From Hemiscyllium ocellatum (taxonomy: Eukaryota), in contig NC_083445.1 in the NCBI RefSeq assembly GCF_020745735.1, positions 2,046,001 through 2,110,000 of the forward strand: 64,000 nucleotides of DNA, given 5' to 3'. Below, one piece after another: positions 1 to 12,696 of this stretch; position 1 is the first letter of the stretch; every line of letters begins with the position of its first letter. Under the pieces are notes generated by a model. It was given only the letters and a program-made list of their open reading frames with translations. It had not been told where the DNA came from and searched no databases. Both the position numbers and the translations under genes were made by a program.

Positions 1-1086
1 TTCAAGCCTCATCTTTACATAGGCCACCCTCTTCCCTTGTACAAGGGATTCCAATTCCCTATTAAACCACGGCTCCCTCACAAGGCCCTTTCCTCCCTGC
101 CTGACTGGTACATACTTATCAAGGACACCCAATAGCTGCTCCTTGAACAAGCTCCACATATCATTTGTGTCCTTCCCTTGAAGCCTATTTTTCCAATCCA
201 CACATCCTAAGTCATGCCTCACCGCATCATAATTTCCCTGCCCCCAGCTATAACTCTTGCCCTGCAGTGCACACTTATCCCTCTCCATCACTAGAGTAAA
301 AGTCACCGAGTTGTGGTCACTGTCCCCGAAGTGCTCACCTACCTCCAAGTCTAACACCTGGCCTGGTTCATTACCTAAAACCAAATCCAGTATAGCCTCA
401 CCTCTTGTTGGCCTGTCTACATATTGTGTCAGGAAACCCTCCTGCACACATTGGACAAACACCGACTCATCTAACGAACTCGAGCTATAGCTTTCCCAGT
501 CAATATCTGGAAAGTTAAAGTCCCCCATAACAACCACCCTATTACTTTCACTCTTCTCCTGAATCATCCTCGCAATACTTTCCTCTACTTCTCTCAGACT
601 ATTAGGAGGCCTGTAGAAAACTCCTAACAGGGTGACCTCACTTTTCCTATTTCTAACATCAGCCCAAACTACCTCAGATGGCAAGTCTTCCTCCATCGTC
701 CTTTCCACCGCTGTAATACTATCCTTGACAAGCAATGCCACACCTCCCCCTCTTTTTACCCCCACCTCTGACCCTACTAAAACATTTAAACCCTGGAACC
801 TGCAATAGCCATTCCTGTCCCTGTTCTACCTACGTCTCTGTAATGGCCACAACATCGAAGTCCCAGGTACCAACCCACGCTGCAAGTTCACCTACCTTAT
901 TTCTTATACTTCTGGCATTGAAGTATACACACTTCAAGCCACCTTTCTGTTTACTGGCACCCTCCTTCGAGATCGATGCCTTGTTCCTAACCTCCCTACA
1001 CTCAAGGTCCTGTACCATAAAGCTACAGTCCAGGTTCCCATGCCCCTGCAGAGTCATGCCCCCTTTTAGATCTCCCAAGTTCATTC
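1..1086 (-). mobile_element. CR1-type LINE fragment (linker plus APE endonuclease start of ORF2), decayed
   Basis: Minus-strand ORF 830-1084 reads LKCVYFNARSIRNKVGELAAWVGTWDFDVVAITET, the typical N-terminus of a CR1 APE endonuclease. Confidence 0.85.
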
Positions 1087-2540
1087 TCCAGTTCTTTCCT
1101 GGCTACCTTGTAAACCTCTAAAGCCCTGTCTGATCCTTGCTCCTTCAACCTTAAGTAAGCTTCCTTCTTCCTCTTGACTAGGTGCTCCAAATCCCATGTC
1201 ATCCAAGGTTCTTTCACCCTACCATCCCTTCCTTGCCTTATTAGAACAAACTAATCCAGCACTGTTTGCAAGTGCTCCCTAAATAACCTCCACATTTTTG
1301 TCATGTACTTCCCTGAGAATATCTGTTCCCTATTTAGTGACGCAAGTTCCCACCAGTAGCATTGTAATTCCCCCTCCCCAATTAAATACATTCCCAACCG
1401 CCTGCTCCTACTCCTCTCCGTGAGTACAGTAAAGGTCAGGGAGTTTGATGACTGTCACCGAAATACTCTCCCACTCAGTGATCTGACACCTGACCTGCTT
1501 TATTGCCAAGCACCAAATCCAATGTGGCATCTCCTCTAATCAGCCTATCTACATATTGAGTCAGGAATCCTTCCTGGAATACCTGACAAAGTCTGCTCCA
1601 TCTAGATATTTGAACCAAGGAATATTCCCCAATCAATATTAGGGAAGTTGAAGTCACCCATGACAACAACTTTGTTATTTCTGCACCTTTCTAAATTCTG
1701 CCTCCCAATCTGCTCCTCTGTGTTTTGGTTGATGTTGGGGGGTCTCTAGACACCTCCCAATAAAGTGATTGGTCCTTTCCTGTTTCTGACATCTACTCAT
1801 ACTGACTCTGTAGACAAACCCTCCTCGACGCCCTCCCTTTCTGCAGCTGTGATATTATCCCTGCTGAGCTATCCCACTATTCCTTTTGAAACATCTAAAC
1901 CCTGGAACATCCAACAACCATTCCTGCCCCTGTGATATCCAAGTCTCCATAATGGCCACAACATTGAAGCTCCAAGTACAAATCCATTATCCTTAACCCT
2001 GACACTTCTTGCGTTAAAATTGACGTGTCAACCCATCACACTGACTAAAATTTTGCCCTATCAACCATCTATCCTTTCTCACAGACTCTCTGCATGCTGT
2101 ATATGCCTGTTCACCAGCTACCTCATCCTCTGATCCCTAACTCCAGTTGTCATCTGCCAATCTAGTTAAGCCCTCCCCAACAGCTCTAGCAAACCTCCTG
2201 CCCAGGATACTGATGCCCCTTCAGTTTAGGTGCAACCAATCCTCCTTGTACAGATCCCACCTTCCCCAGAAGGTATCACAATGTTCCAAATATCTGAAAC
2301 TCTCCCTCCTACACCAGCCATGCAGGCACATGTTCATCTGCACTCGCTCTCTGTTCCTAGCCTCACTAGCCTGTGGCACTGGTAACAAATCTGAGATTAC
2401 TACTCTGCTCATCCTGCCTTTTAGCTTCCAATCGAACTCCCTGTGTTCACTTTTCAGGTCCTCATCCCTTTTCCGAGCTATGTCACTGGTATGGATGTGT
2501 ACCATGACCTCTAGCTGCTCAACCTCCCCTTAAAGAAGGA
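1087..2540 (-). mobile_element. Second CR1-type LINE fragment (ORF1 esterase end, APE domain, tether), decayed
   Basis: Minus ORFs: 2221-2505 (VVISDLLPVPQASEARN...WGRWDLYKEDWLHLN, SGNH-esterase-like ORF1), 1475-1669 (GFLTQYVDRLIRGDATLDLVLGN) and 1023-1217 (EPWMT...ARKELENELGRSKRGH). Confidence 0.85.
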
Positions 2541-2679
2541 TATTCTAGACAGATGCAAGTAAAGATCAGAGTGAAGATAAATCAGGAGTGCATCAGCCTG
2601 TACTGCTCAGAGTGACTGACATACACAAAACAGACTTAATATTTGAAAAGTAGCAAGAATTTGTTTTGTGGTTTTGAAT

Positions 2680-3030
2680 TGAGGTGCTGGCCTAAACATA
2701 TTATGCCTGGACCGTTAATCCAGAGATCTAGATAATATTTCCATGACCTGGGTTTGAATCCTGCCATAGTGGAATCTGAATTCAACAAAAAAAGAATCTG
2801 GAATTAACAGCCTAATGATGGCCATGAATCCATTGCTGATTGGTGTAAAAACTCATCTGGTTCACTAATGTCCTTCAGGGAAGGAAACTGCCATCCTTAC
2901 CTTGTCTGGCCCAGGTGTGACTCCAAACCGAGAGCAACGTGGTTGATTTTGAACTGCCCTCTGGGCAATTAGGGATGGGTAATAAATGCTGTCCAGCTTG
3001 TAATGCCCTTATCCTATGAATGAATTGTCA
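2680..3030 (+). mobile_element. tRNA-derived Deu-domain SINE (SacSINE1-like)
   Basis: Box-B-like gggtttgaatcc, then the core catctggttcactaatgtccttcagggaaggaaactgccatccttacc and tail gggcaattagggatgggtaataaatgct. A homologous copy lies on the minus strand at about 39870-40195. Confidence 0.7.
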
Positions 3031-3268
3031 AAAATACTGAGACAAATTTACCAATCACACACCGTGATTGGCATGACCAGTTCACTCTCAAAGTGCACTA
3101 TGGCCTCCTGCAGATGACTCCAGTTTTTTGACTATGAGTGAATGTGATAAATTCCTGGGATGGTGTATTGTCCAATACCTACACTGGTCAGTTTCCTACT
3201 CTGTCCATTAAAAACTGAAACACACTGCAGCAAATTAAAATGAAGTGAATTTCTTGTCTGTATTACAG

Positions 3269-3562
3269 CTTTCATGGATCAGCCGAGAATCCTGGACAAA
3301 AGACCCAAAGAAGTGAAGCGAGAGGTCACATTAACATGTGAGGTCTCAAATGTCTATCCTGCTGAGAAGATGAGAGTAAGATGGTTTCAGGATGGTGTGG
3401 AACTGAACTCAGATACCACAAGGCCAAATTCCAACACTGTCCGAATAACAGCAGCATGGACACCACAGGAATCTGGTCTGATGGAAGTCGTCTGTATGGC
3501 CGATTTTGAGAAATATCCATCAATTCCCCGAAAGAATAATAGTGCTTTCATTGAGGTGTATG
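3269..3562 (+). CDS. ICAM-like gene A, Ig domain exon (D3 by analogy with gene B)
   Basis: Acceptor tattacag at 3268, donor G|gtaaga at 3563, phase 1 at both ends, 294 nt. Encodes FMDQPRIL...LTCEVSNVYPAEKMRVRWFQDG...VVCMADF...FIEVY with the Ig Cys/Trp/Cys pattern. Confidence 0.9.
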
Positions 3563-4332
3563 GTAAGAATTCTGGTTGTGGAGGAGTTTAAAATCAGACA
3601 ATATTCTGATAGTTCATCACTGTCAACAATACAACATGTCAGCATTTCCACCACTTTCAGCAATAAAATCCTTTTTATTGAGTGACAAATTGGGAAGCTT
3701 GTGGAAATGTTTGTATACTCAGACACTTGGTTGAGTAAAGCATAAACATTGGCTAATTAGTTGGAATGGTCTGTTTCTGTGCCACATCTTCTATATGACC
3801 CTCTGTCAATGAAAAGCATTCTGACAAAGTCTTAATGACTCGAGGTTCTCCAAGATCCTGAGACAATGTGATTGACATTGTAGGCGCTGCTCATAGGTGA
3901 GTGTTACTCACACTTAGTATTCCAGGATCACAACAGAATGTTTAAATGTTTAAACAACCAATGTACCCTAAAAGCTGAAGGGGTGCAAAAACATACACAA
4001 ATCTGGAATATACCGTGTGGGAAGAAACAGACGGTAATAAATAAATCTGCATTTAAATATATGCAGATTTCAGGATTCTAGAAACGGAAATGAGCAGAAT
4101 ACATTTTTGGTGAGTTTGGGTCAGGAATGAATGTTGACTAAGATACTGCAAACACTGAAGGAACATGGAAGGATGGTGTAGGGGTTTGTACATCTCCCTG
4201 ATACAGCAATGAAGCAGGGGATGAGCAATAAGCACTGAGTGCAGCCTGCCTTTGTTTCATTGTTATTAACCCCACACTGAGGGACTGCAAGGTACAACAA
4301 TGTTTCTAACAGTATCTTTCTATTATTTTTAG

Positions 4333-4620
4333 CTTTCTCTTCCCCTGAAATCCAAGTACCGACCACCCAGGAAGGAAATCTTGTTAATATTACGTGCCGT
4401 GCGTTGAATGCCTCAGGGGATCTTGAACTCAGACTGAAGAAAGGAAATGACACATTAGTGACTGGATCAAGCAGTACTGGGCTCACTATCTCTCATACAG
4501 TAGAGGCTGAAGCTAAGCTGGATGGACAGCAGTATATCTGTGAAGCTGAACTGAAACTTCAAGATCACTCAATGACGAGCCCTGTTATTAAACAACACAT
4601 TGGAACTCTCCATGTCCTGT
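4333..4620 (+). CDS. ICAM-like gene A, Ig domain exon (D4)
   Basis: Acceptor tattatttttag at 4332, donor T|gtaagt at 4621, 288 nt, phase 1/1. Encodes FSSPEIQVPTTQEGNLVNITCRALNASG...DGQQYICEAELKL...GTLHVL. Confidence 0.9.
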
Positions 4621-5109
4621 GTAAGTAGCATTACCTTCCCCACAAAACATCAGTGGGATTTTTTTTTCCAAATGGAAACAATGAAATCCTCATCCCAACT
4701 TTCCTCTTAGTCTGAACCAATCTGAACTGGTCTCCTCACACAGGGACTGCCCTGCAGCAGCTCCTTTCTCACTGAGACCAAAGGGATACAGATCCTGGGG
4801 TCAGGACATGTGAGGACACTGTCCATTATTACCCCGGTGCATTGTGCCACAGAGTGCAATCATGGGAGTGTGTGTTTTCCCTTCAAATAATTTTCCAACT
4901 CTCCTGTGAAAGACACTAGTGCATCTGCTTCCACTACTCATTCCAGAAAACAATCAACTGCTTTCTTTAAAAAAGCAGTCACATCTCATTTGTTCCTTTT
5001 CTGATCACCTTAAATCTGTGTCTCATGATTATCAAACCTTTTGCACTAAAAACTCCTCTTTATTTGACTACAATTGGTTCATTATCTTGAACATGACTAT
5101 CAGAACATT

Positions 5110-7449
5110 CTCTTGACCCTCACTGCCTGATTGGCAGAATACGAACTTATCCATTCTTTCCACATAAGGGAAGCCGCTCATCCCTTGTCCCATTTTAATG
5201 ACTCTCTTCTGCATCAACCACCAAGCTATCACTTCCTTCCTAAACTGTAACCATGGAGGTAGGTGCTCTTGACTCCATCTCACAACATGTGACCCATCAT
5301 CGTTGCTGGTTCCTAGCAGATGATGACGATTCTCTTCACCTCCCAGGGAGGTGGTGACCTGGGGAAGGGATGGGTGGGGTATTGGTGTGGCAGCGCACTG
5401 CTTTTGATGTTGTGGCCTGGCTTCCATTTTCTCCCAATACAAGGCTGGAGATGCTCAATACCTTTCTGGATGCTCTTCCTCCACTTTTGATGGTCTTTGA
5501 CCATTGACTTCCATTTTGTCCTGGAGCAGGTGAAGGATGGTGACAAATTGGTACAACCAAAGCAGAAAAGGACCCTGCAAATGCTTCCCAGTTGACAGTG
5601 TCAAAGGCCTTTGTAAGGTCGAAGGCGGCCATGTCCAGGGGAGGTTCTTGTCTCTGTATTTCTCCTGCAGCTGTTGCACGGTGTAAACCATGTCCATTGT
5701 GCACCTCCATGGCTGAAAACCACACTGTGACTCCGGGAGGAGTTCCTCAGCCATAGGGAGGAAATCCTTGTGGAGGACCTTGGCATTAACAGCAGGGAGA
5801 TTCCTCTGTAGTTACCACATTTGGACTTGTTTCCTTTTTTGGAAACGCTCAGAACTGTGGCATCTCGGAGCAGTTCTGAGATGTTCTCCTTGTTCCAAAT
5901 AAGGCAGACAAGGCTGTGTAACTGCAAGTAGGTCTTTGCCTCCACACTTCAATACCTCAGTGGGTGTACCGTCTCCTCTAGCTGTCTGGTTGTTCTTAAG
6001 ATTGAGGACAGTCTTCTCTATTTATGCAAGCTGGGGTATTGCTGAGCCAATGGTGTGTAGAATGCTATAGGATGCATTCAAGAATGCTCAGATTAGTGAC
6101 AGAGCCCTGCTTTAGGTTTATGAAGTGCTTCTCCCAACACTTCTTGACAGTTTCTTTATCTTTGATCAGAGTCACTCTGTCCTTGGCCAGCAGTGGAGTG
6201 GGGCCTTGGCTGTTTGGTTGTATGTCGTCTTGATACCACAGAAGAAACTCATCACACCATGGCTGTCGGCCATTTGTTGGATCTCCAGTGTTCCTCCACC
6301 CACCACCCATTTTTTATGTTGTGGGTTTGGATTTGTTCCTCAGCCTTCAGCGCCAGCAAACCTGCCTTTCCATTTTTGAGGATACAGTTTTTGTTTTACA
6401 CTCAAAAATGCCATGTGCTTCCAGCTTGATAGCTCCTTAATCTCCACATCATTCTCATCAAACCAGTCCTGGTGTTTCCTGGTGGATTGGCTGGCTGGCA
6501 TTTTGCAGGCAGTGATAATGGCAGTCTTAAGGGTGGACCAGAGACTGTTGGGATACCCTGACATGGTATCGCTGAGACTTGCTAGGTTTGTGGAGACGAG
6601 CTGATTGTCTGAGGCTATTTTCTCCTGGTCTTTAAGTGCCTCAATGTTGAACTGTTTTTGGCATTGCTTTTGTTGTCTCCTCTGCTGTGGGTCTGAAGGT
6701 ATGTTGATCCTGGCTCAGATCAGGTGACAGTCTGTCCAGCAGTCGCTGGCTGTGGTCATGGCATGTGTAATTCTAACAGCTTTTCGATCTCTCATCTGAC
6801 AATGACATAGTCAAGGAGGCGTCTGTGTTTCCAGCAGGGGTGTTGCCACATTGTCCTGCATTTGTCCCTTTGGTGGAACAGTGTGTTGATGATGAGGAGG
6901 TTGTGTTCACAGCATTTGATCAGAAGGGTGCCATTGGAGTTTTGCATCCCTGTTCCCCCTTTCCTGATCACATTGTCCCAGAGCTCTGCACTTTTGCTGA
7001 CTCTGGCACTGAGGTTGCCAAGGATGATAAATTTGACCGCTGCAGGGACCCGTGAGAGAGATTGGTCAAGGTTGGAGTAGAATTTCTCCTTGTTCTCATC
7101 TGCTGCATTGAGATTTGGTGTATATGCACTGCCTATCCTGACATACTAATTCCCATCAAGGGGGAGTCAAAGTGTCATGAGACATTAATTTATTCCGAAG
7201 GAGGAGCCTTTCAGTTCATGCACCAGTTCATTTTTGATGGTGAAGCCGACTCCAGGATGGCAACTTTTCTTCAGCCTTGCCTTTCCAGAAGAAGGTGTAG
7301 TCACTACCTTTGTCCCTGAGCTGTCCTTCCCCTGCCTACCAGGTTTCACTCAGGGTGGTGATGTCAGGATCATAGCACCTGTGTTCCTGAGCAATGATGG
7401 TGACATGGTGTTCCGGTCGATCACTGTCCATAAGGGTCCTGAACTTCAT
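5110..7449 (-). mobile_element. RTE-clade LINE, decayed, with internal deletion in the RT domain
   Basis: Minus ORFs read KKGNKSKCGNYRGISLL, LLPESQCGFQ, FDLTKAFDTVN and RKHQDWFDENDVEIKEL. The RT jumps from the KAFDTVN motif almost directly to the C-terminal part. Confidence 0.85.
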
Positions 7450-7768
7450 GATTAGATTAGATTAGATTCCCTATTGTTGGGAATCAGGCTCTTCAGACCA
7501 ACAATCCACACCGACCCTCTGAACAGTAACCCACACAGACCCATTCCCCAACTCCCTACTGATGCACCTATCACTATGGGCAATTTAGCATGGCCAATTC
7601 ACCTGACCTGCACATCTTTGGACTGTTGGAGGAAACCGGAGCACCCAGAGGAAACCTATGCAGAGATGGGGAGAATGTGCAAACTCCACACAGGCAATTA
7701 CCTGAGGCGGGAATTGAACCCGGGTCCCTGGTGCTGAGGCAGCAATGATAACCATGGAGCCACAGTAC
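7450..7768 (-). mobile_element. HE1-type (V-SINE) tRNA-derived SINE
   Basis: Reverse complement has a tRNA-like head (ctcagcaccagggacccgggttcaattcc), core gtttgcacattctccccatctctgcataggtttcc and a (ctaat)n tail, seen here as (attag)n at 7450-7467. Confidence 0.85.
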
Positions 7769-8014
7769 ATTCCTGACGGTGTGGAATGTGCCTGTGGAAG
7801 AACTCTTTTCATGTGGGGAAACTGTTGCACTCTGGTTACTACATTGGCTTAGCAGCACAAGCTGTTGGCTCTGAGGCGAGGGGGGTCCAAGACCACTGTA
7901 CTTTTATTGAAATGTATGCAATTTCAAAGAAGTTCTGGGTTTTACATATCAAAAAACAGAAACCAGCATATCCCATTCTAAAAGATGAAATATTTAACCT
8001 AAAACTGTTTAATG

Positions 8015-8205
8015 TATCACATCTCTGTAACACTGGACTCCCTTGGCTATAAATTCTGTGATCATGATCTTATGCTCCACAACCACCTGATAAAGGAACA
8101 GCGCTCTGAAAGCTAGTGCTTCCAAATAAACCTGTTGGACTATAACCTGGTGTTGTGTGATTTTTAACCTTGTCCACCCCAGTCCAACACTGGCATCTCC
8201 AAGTC
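8015..8205 (+). mobile_element. Penelope-like element 3' terminus, family B, with degenerate hammerhead motif at 8084-8118
   Basis: cac-CTGATAA-a-ggaacagcgctct-GAAA-GCTA-gtg, followed by the terminus aataaacctgttggactataacctggtgttgtgtgatttttaac that recurs near 39270, 49110, 53410 and 62650. Confidence 0.7.
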
Positions 8206-8785
8206 ATGTATCCCATTTAGTACAGTGATAGAGCCCACAGCACGATGAAGGGTATTCCCAATGTGAAAACAGCATTTTGTCTCCACAAGGACGGCGTGGT
8301 GATCACTCCTACTCTCTTGGATAGACTGATCTGCAGCTGGCAAATTGGTGGGGATGAGGTCAAGTTTGCTTGACCTCACTGGTTTTCTCTTGACCTGCCA
8401 CAGACCCAGTCTAGCAGCAATGTCCTTCAGGACTTGAACAGCTCAGTCAGTGGTGATGCTGCCGAGTCATTCTAGGCAATGGACATTGAAGTGTCCCACC
8501 CAGAGTTTATTCTGCACCCACAGTATATTCTGCACCCGGCTACCCTCAGTGCTTCCTCTAAATGATGTTCAAGATGGAGGAGTACAAATTCAGAACAGGA
8601 GGGGATTATGGTCATCAGCAGGAGGTTTCCTTGTCCATGTTTGACCAAATGTCGTGTCACTTTCTGGGGTCCAGATTCAACTTGTTGCTAACTGTATACC
8701 AATATGCTGCTGCCTCTGTCACCCATCTGCCTACTTCAGCCTTGTAAATGACCTTGACATTGTCCTCCTCACAGTCTACAATGTT

Positions 8786-9965
8786 TGAATTGAATTGAAT
8801 TTATTGTCACATGTACCAAGGCACAGTGAAAAGCTTTGTCTTGCGAGCAATACAGGCAGATCACATAGTCAAGTAGCACAGATAAGTAAATAATAGGTAA
8901 ATAGCAGCAAAAAGAAAAACACAGGTACTGGTGAATGTTAAGAGTTTGGGAGTCCCCAGTATTCTAACACCAATAGGGGAGAACCTGTTTCAAAACTGGC
9001 TGGTGCATGTGTTCAGGCTTCTGTACCTTCTCTCCAATGGTAGAGGTTGTAGATAAACATTGCCAGGGTGGGAGGGATCTTTGAGAATGCTGCCAGCGTT
9101 TCCTTGACCTTGGGCCTGGTAGATGGAATCTAAAGTTGGGAGGTTGGCCTTAGTAATTGTCCGGGCTGAGTTCACCACTCTCTATAACTGTCTCTGATCT
9201 TGAATGGTACAGTTGTCATACCAGGTAGTGATACATCCAGACAGAATGCTCTCTGCACCTATAAACGTTGGCAAGGGTATTCACCGTCATGCTAACTTTC
9301 TTCAGCTGCCTGAGGAAGAAGAGATGTTGTTGGGCCTTTGTAACCAGTGTGTCCACATGAAGAGTCCAAGAAAACTTGTTGTGGATGACCACTCCCAGGA
9401 GCTTGACACTCTACTCATTCCACCTCTGTGCTGTTAATGTGTGTTGGGAGGTGTGGGGGGCATGAGTAACATCCCACCGAAAGTAAATAATGAGTTCCTT
9501 GATTTTACTGGCATTGAGAGCTAGGTTATTCTCAGTGCACCATTTTTCCAGGTCTTCTACCTCCCTGTTTCATGGCCATCTGAGGTTCGACCGACTATGG
9601 TGGTGTCATTAGCGAACTTGTAAATGGCATTAGTCTGGTATTTGGCAATGCAGCCACGGGTATACAATGAGTACAGTCGGGGGCTGAGTACTCACCCCTC
9701 CAGTGTTGAGTGTTAATGAGGATGAAATATTGTCTCCAATCTTCAGTGATTGTGGCCTGTGGGTGAGGAAACTGAGGATCCAGTTGCAGAGAGTGGGGCT
9801 TAGTCTGAGATCACTAAGTTTAATAATCAGTCTCGAGGGGATAATAGTGTTAAAGGCTGAACTGTTGTCAAAGAGTAGGATTCTTACGTAGCTGTTCTTG
9901 ATGTTAAGATGTTCTAGGAAGGAGTGAAGGGCAAGTGATATGGCATCTGACATGGATGCTTCCAT
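8786..9965 (-). mobile_element. Rex1/Babar-like LINE 3' part
   Basis: Minus ORF 9630-10022 reads [14 protein letters not shown]...[21 protein letters not shown]...[12 protein letters not shown] (ttgaa)n tail lies at 8786-8803. Confidence 0.8.
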
Positions 9966-11044
9966 ATTTTGTGACATGAACACAATTTTGAATTGTCCCT
10001 TATACAACAAGATCTCGAACATTTACAACCATAAAATTAGAGGTGGGGAACTCAATCACAAACCTTCCAACTGGTACAGTTGAAACTCTACCACAAGTAT
10101 TCATTAACTGTTATGCTCTGTTTCATGTCACTCAGCCAAGTTTGTATCCTCATTGGTAAAGTCCCTTTTATTCCATGACCTATCACTTTCTTCAAACATC
10201 TGTTGTATGGTACAGTATCAATCACCTTTTGGAACCCTATACACCACATCAACAGCCTCGTCCTCATCAACCATTTCTATTAGAGTCTTTAAACTACTCC
10301 ATGTTACTTAGACACACATTCCCTTCATTTTGTTGTTGATATTATTGTGTCAACATTGTCTAACCAGACCAAAGACTGCTCTCCCCTTAGAGAGAGAGAT
10401 GACTCATGGTGACATAACTTGAGGGTCACCATGTTCCTGATGAGGGGAGATTCTGAAAAGGAGAGTCTTTCATAGTAACCAAAGCTGGTGATGGGAATTG
10501 AATCCAGACTGTTGGTATCACACTGCTTCACAAACCAACCATCCAGAGCTAAAGTGACCCTCTTTAAAAAAATCCATGCAGATTCTTCCACATCTACAAA
10601 GTATTTCCATGTGATGATTAATTATTTTATCAGCAATTGCTTCTCGGAGTGTCCCCATTGCCAAAGTTTAACTGATTAGTTTGTAATTGCTGGTTCAATC
10701 TTTTTTGAAAAAGGTTTGCAATTCTAAACTCTTCTAGCACTGTCCTCAAATTCAGGCAAGATTGAAAGATTATTGCAATTTTAATTCTCACTTCCTTCAA
10801 GGTCTTTGGAAGCATTTCATCTGGTCCTGGGACTTTTCAACTTTAAATATTGACAGCTTATCCAAAAGCTCCTCTTTATCAAATCTAAAAGTGACCAAGT
10901 TTCCTCCTCTGTCACCATGGCCTGGGCAGCATCTACCTCTTTGGTAAAGACAGAAATAGAAAAATAGTTTACCACCTCAGCCATGCCACTTGCCCCTAAA
11001 TGTAAATCTCTTTCAGTGTCCCTAATCCCCCTTACACCACCCTC

Positions 11045-12696
11045 TTCGTCAGTATTCGCACTGGAAAAAGACAATGTGGTCGAGGAGAATACTGAGATAC
11101 AGGCTACGAGACCAGATGGGATTGTGGTTCACAAGGAGGAGGTGCTAGGAATTCTGGAAAGTGTGAAAATAGATAAGTCCCCTGGGCCAGATGGGATTTA
11201 TCCTAGGATTCTCTAGGAAGCCAGGCAGGAGATTGCAGACCCTTTGGCATTGATCTTTATGTTGGCATTGTCTACAGGAATAGTGCCAGAAGTCTGGAGG
11301 ATAGCAAATGATGTCCCCTTGTTCAAGAAGGGGAGTAGAGACAACCCTGGGAATTGTAGACCAGTGAACCTTACTTTGGTTGTAGGTAAAGTGTTGGAAA
11401 GGGCTATCAGAGATAGGATTTATAATCATCTAGAAGTGAATAAGTTGATTATGGATAGCCAACATGGTTTTGTGAAGGGTTGGTTGTGCCTCACAAACTT
11501 TATTGAGTTCTTTGAGAAGATGACTAAACAGGAGGATGAAGGTAAAGCAGTTTATGTCATGTATATGAATTTCAGTAAGGCGTTTGATAAGATTCCCCAC
11601 ACTAGGTTATTGCAGAAAATATGATGCATGGGATTGAGGGTGATTTAGCAGTTTGGATGAGAACTTAGTGAGCTTAAAGAAGACAGAGGGTAATGGTTGA
11701 TGGGAAATTATCATCCTGGAATTCAGTTACTCGTGGTGTACCACAAGGATCTGATTTGGGGCCACTGCTGTTTGTCATTTTTATAAATGACCGAGATGAG
11801 GGCGCAGAATGATGGGTTAGTAAATTTGCATATGACACTAAGGTCGGTGGAGTTGTGGATAAAACTGAAGGATATTGCAGGTTACAGAGGGACATAGATA
11901 AACTGCAGTGCTGGGCTGTGAGGTGGCAAATGGAGTTTAATGCGGAAAAGTGTGAGGTGAGTCAATTTGGGAGGAGCAAGAAGATTACAGAGTAATGGGT
12001 TAATGATAAGATTCTTGGTCGTGTTGATGAGCAGAGATTTCAGTGTCAATGTACATAGATCTCTGAAAGTTGCCACCCAGTTTGATAGGGTTGTTAAGAA
12101 TGCATACAGTGGGTTAGCTCTTATTGGTAAAGGGATTGAGTTTTGGAGCCACGAGGTCATGTTGCAGCTGTGCAGATCTGTGGTGTGGCCATGTTTGGAG
12201 TATTGCATACAGTTCTGATCACTGCATTATAGGAAAAATGTGAAAGTTTTGGAAAATTTTCAGAGAAGATTTACAACGATGTTGTCCGGTATGGAGGGAA
12301 GGTCTTACGAGGAAAGGCAGAGGGACTTGAGGCTGTTTTCCTTGGGGAGAAGAAGGTTGAGAGATGATTTCATTTAGACATATAAGATAATCAGAGGGTT
12401 AGATAGGATGGACAGTGAGAGCCTTTTTCCTTCGATGGTGATGGCTAGCATGAGGGGACATAGCTTTAAATTGAGGGGTGATAGATATAGGACAGATGTC
12501 AGAAGTAGTTTCTTTACTCAGAGTAGTAAGAATATGGAACATCCTGCAAACCTTTAGGGCATTTAAATGGTCATTGGATAAACATATGGATGAAAATGGA
12601 ATAGTGTAGGTTAGATTGGCTTCAGATTGGTTCCACATGTCGGCGCAACATCCAGGACCGAAGGGCCTGTACTGCGCTGTAATGTTCTGTGTTCTA
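11045..12696 (+). mobile_element. 5'-truncated CR1 LINE (RT domain and 3' UTR)
   Basis: ORFs read KSPGPDGIYPRIL, PLFKKGSRDNPGNCRPVNLT, DSQHGFVKG and MNFSKAFDKIPH. The 3' tail is gaagggcctgtactgcgctgtaatgttctgtgttcta. Confidence 0.9.

Larger units (their letters stand above)
1243..9460 (+). other. Segmental duplication, copy 1 (paralogous to 56971-64000)
   Basis: Near-identical sequence begins at agaacaaactaatccagcactg in both copies and continues to the window end in copy 2. The same exons, RTE, SINE and Rex insertions occur in the same order. Confidence 0.95.

Noticed and set aside
3563-3591. ORF-track extensions of the Ig exons (e.g. KNSGCGGV; also the N-terminal parts of ORFs 13671, 21282, 44808 and 55406)
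   Set aside because: These run past canonical splice sites into introns, and several start at non-ATG codons. The spliced model explains the true coding parts.
7690-7768. tRNA-like sequences (also near 49380, 56860, 62210 and 10480-10550)
   Set aside because: They are the heads of SINEs followed by SINE bodies and tails, and no complete cloverleaf is evident.
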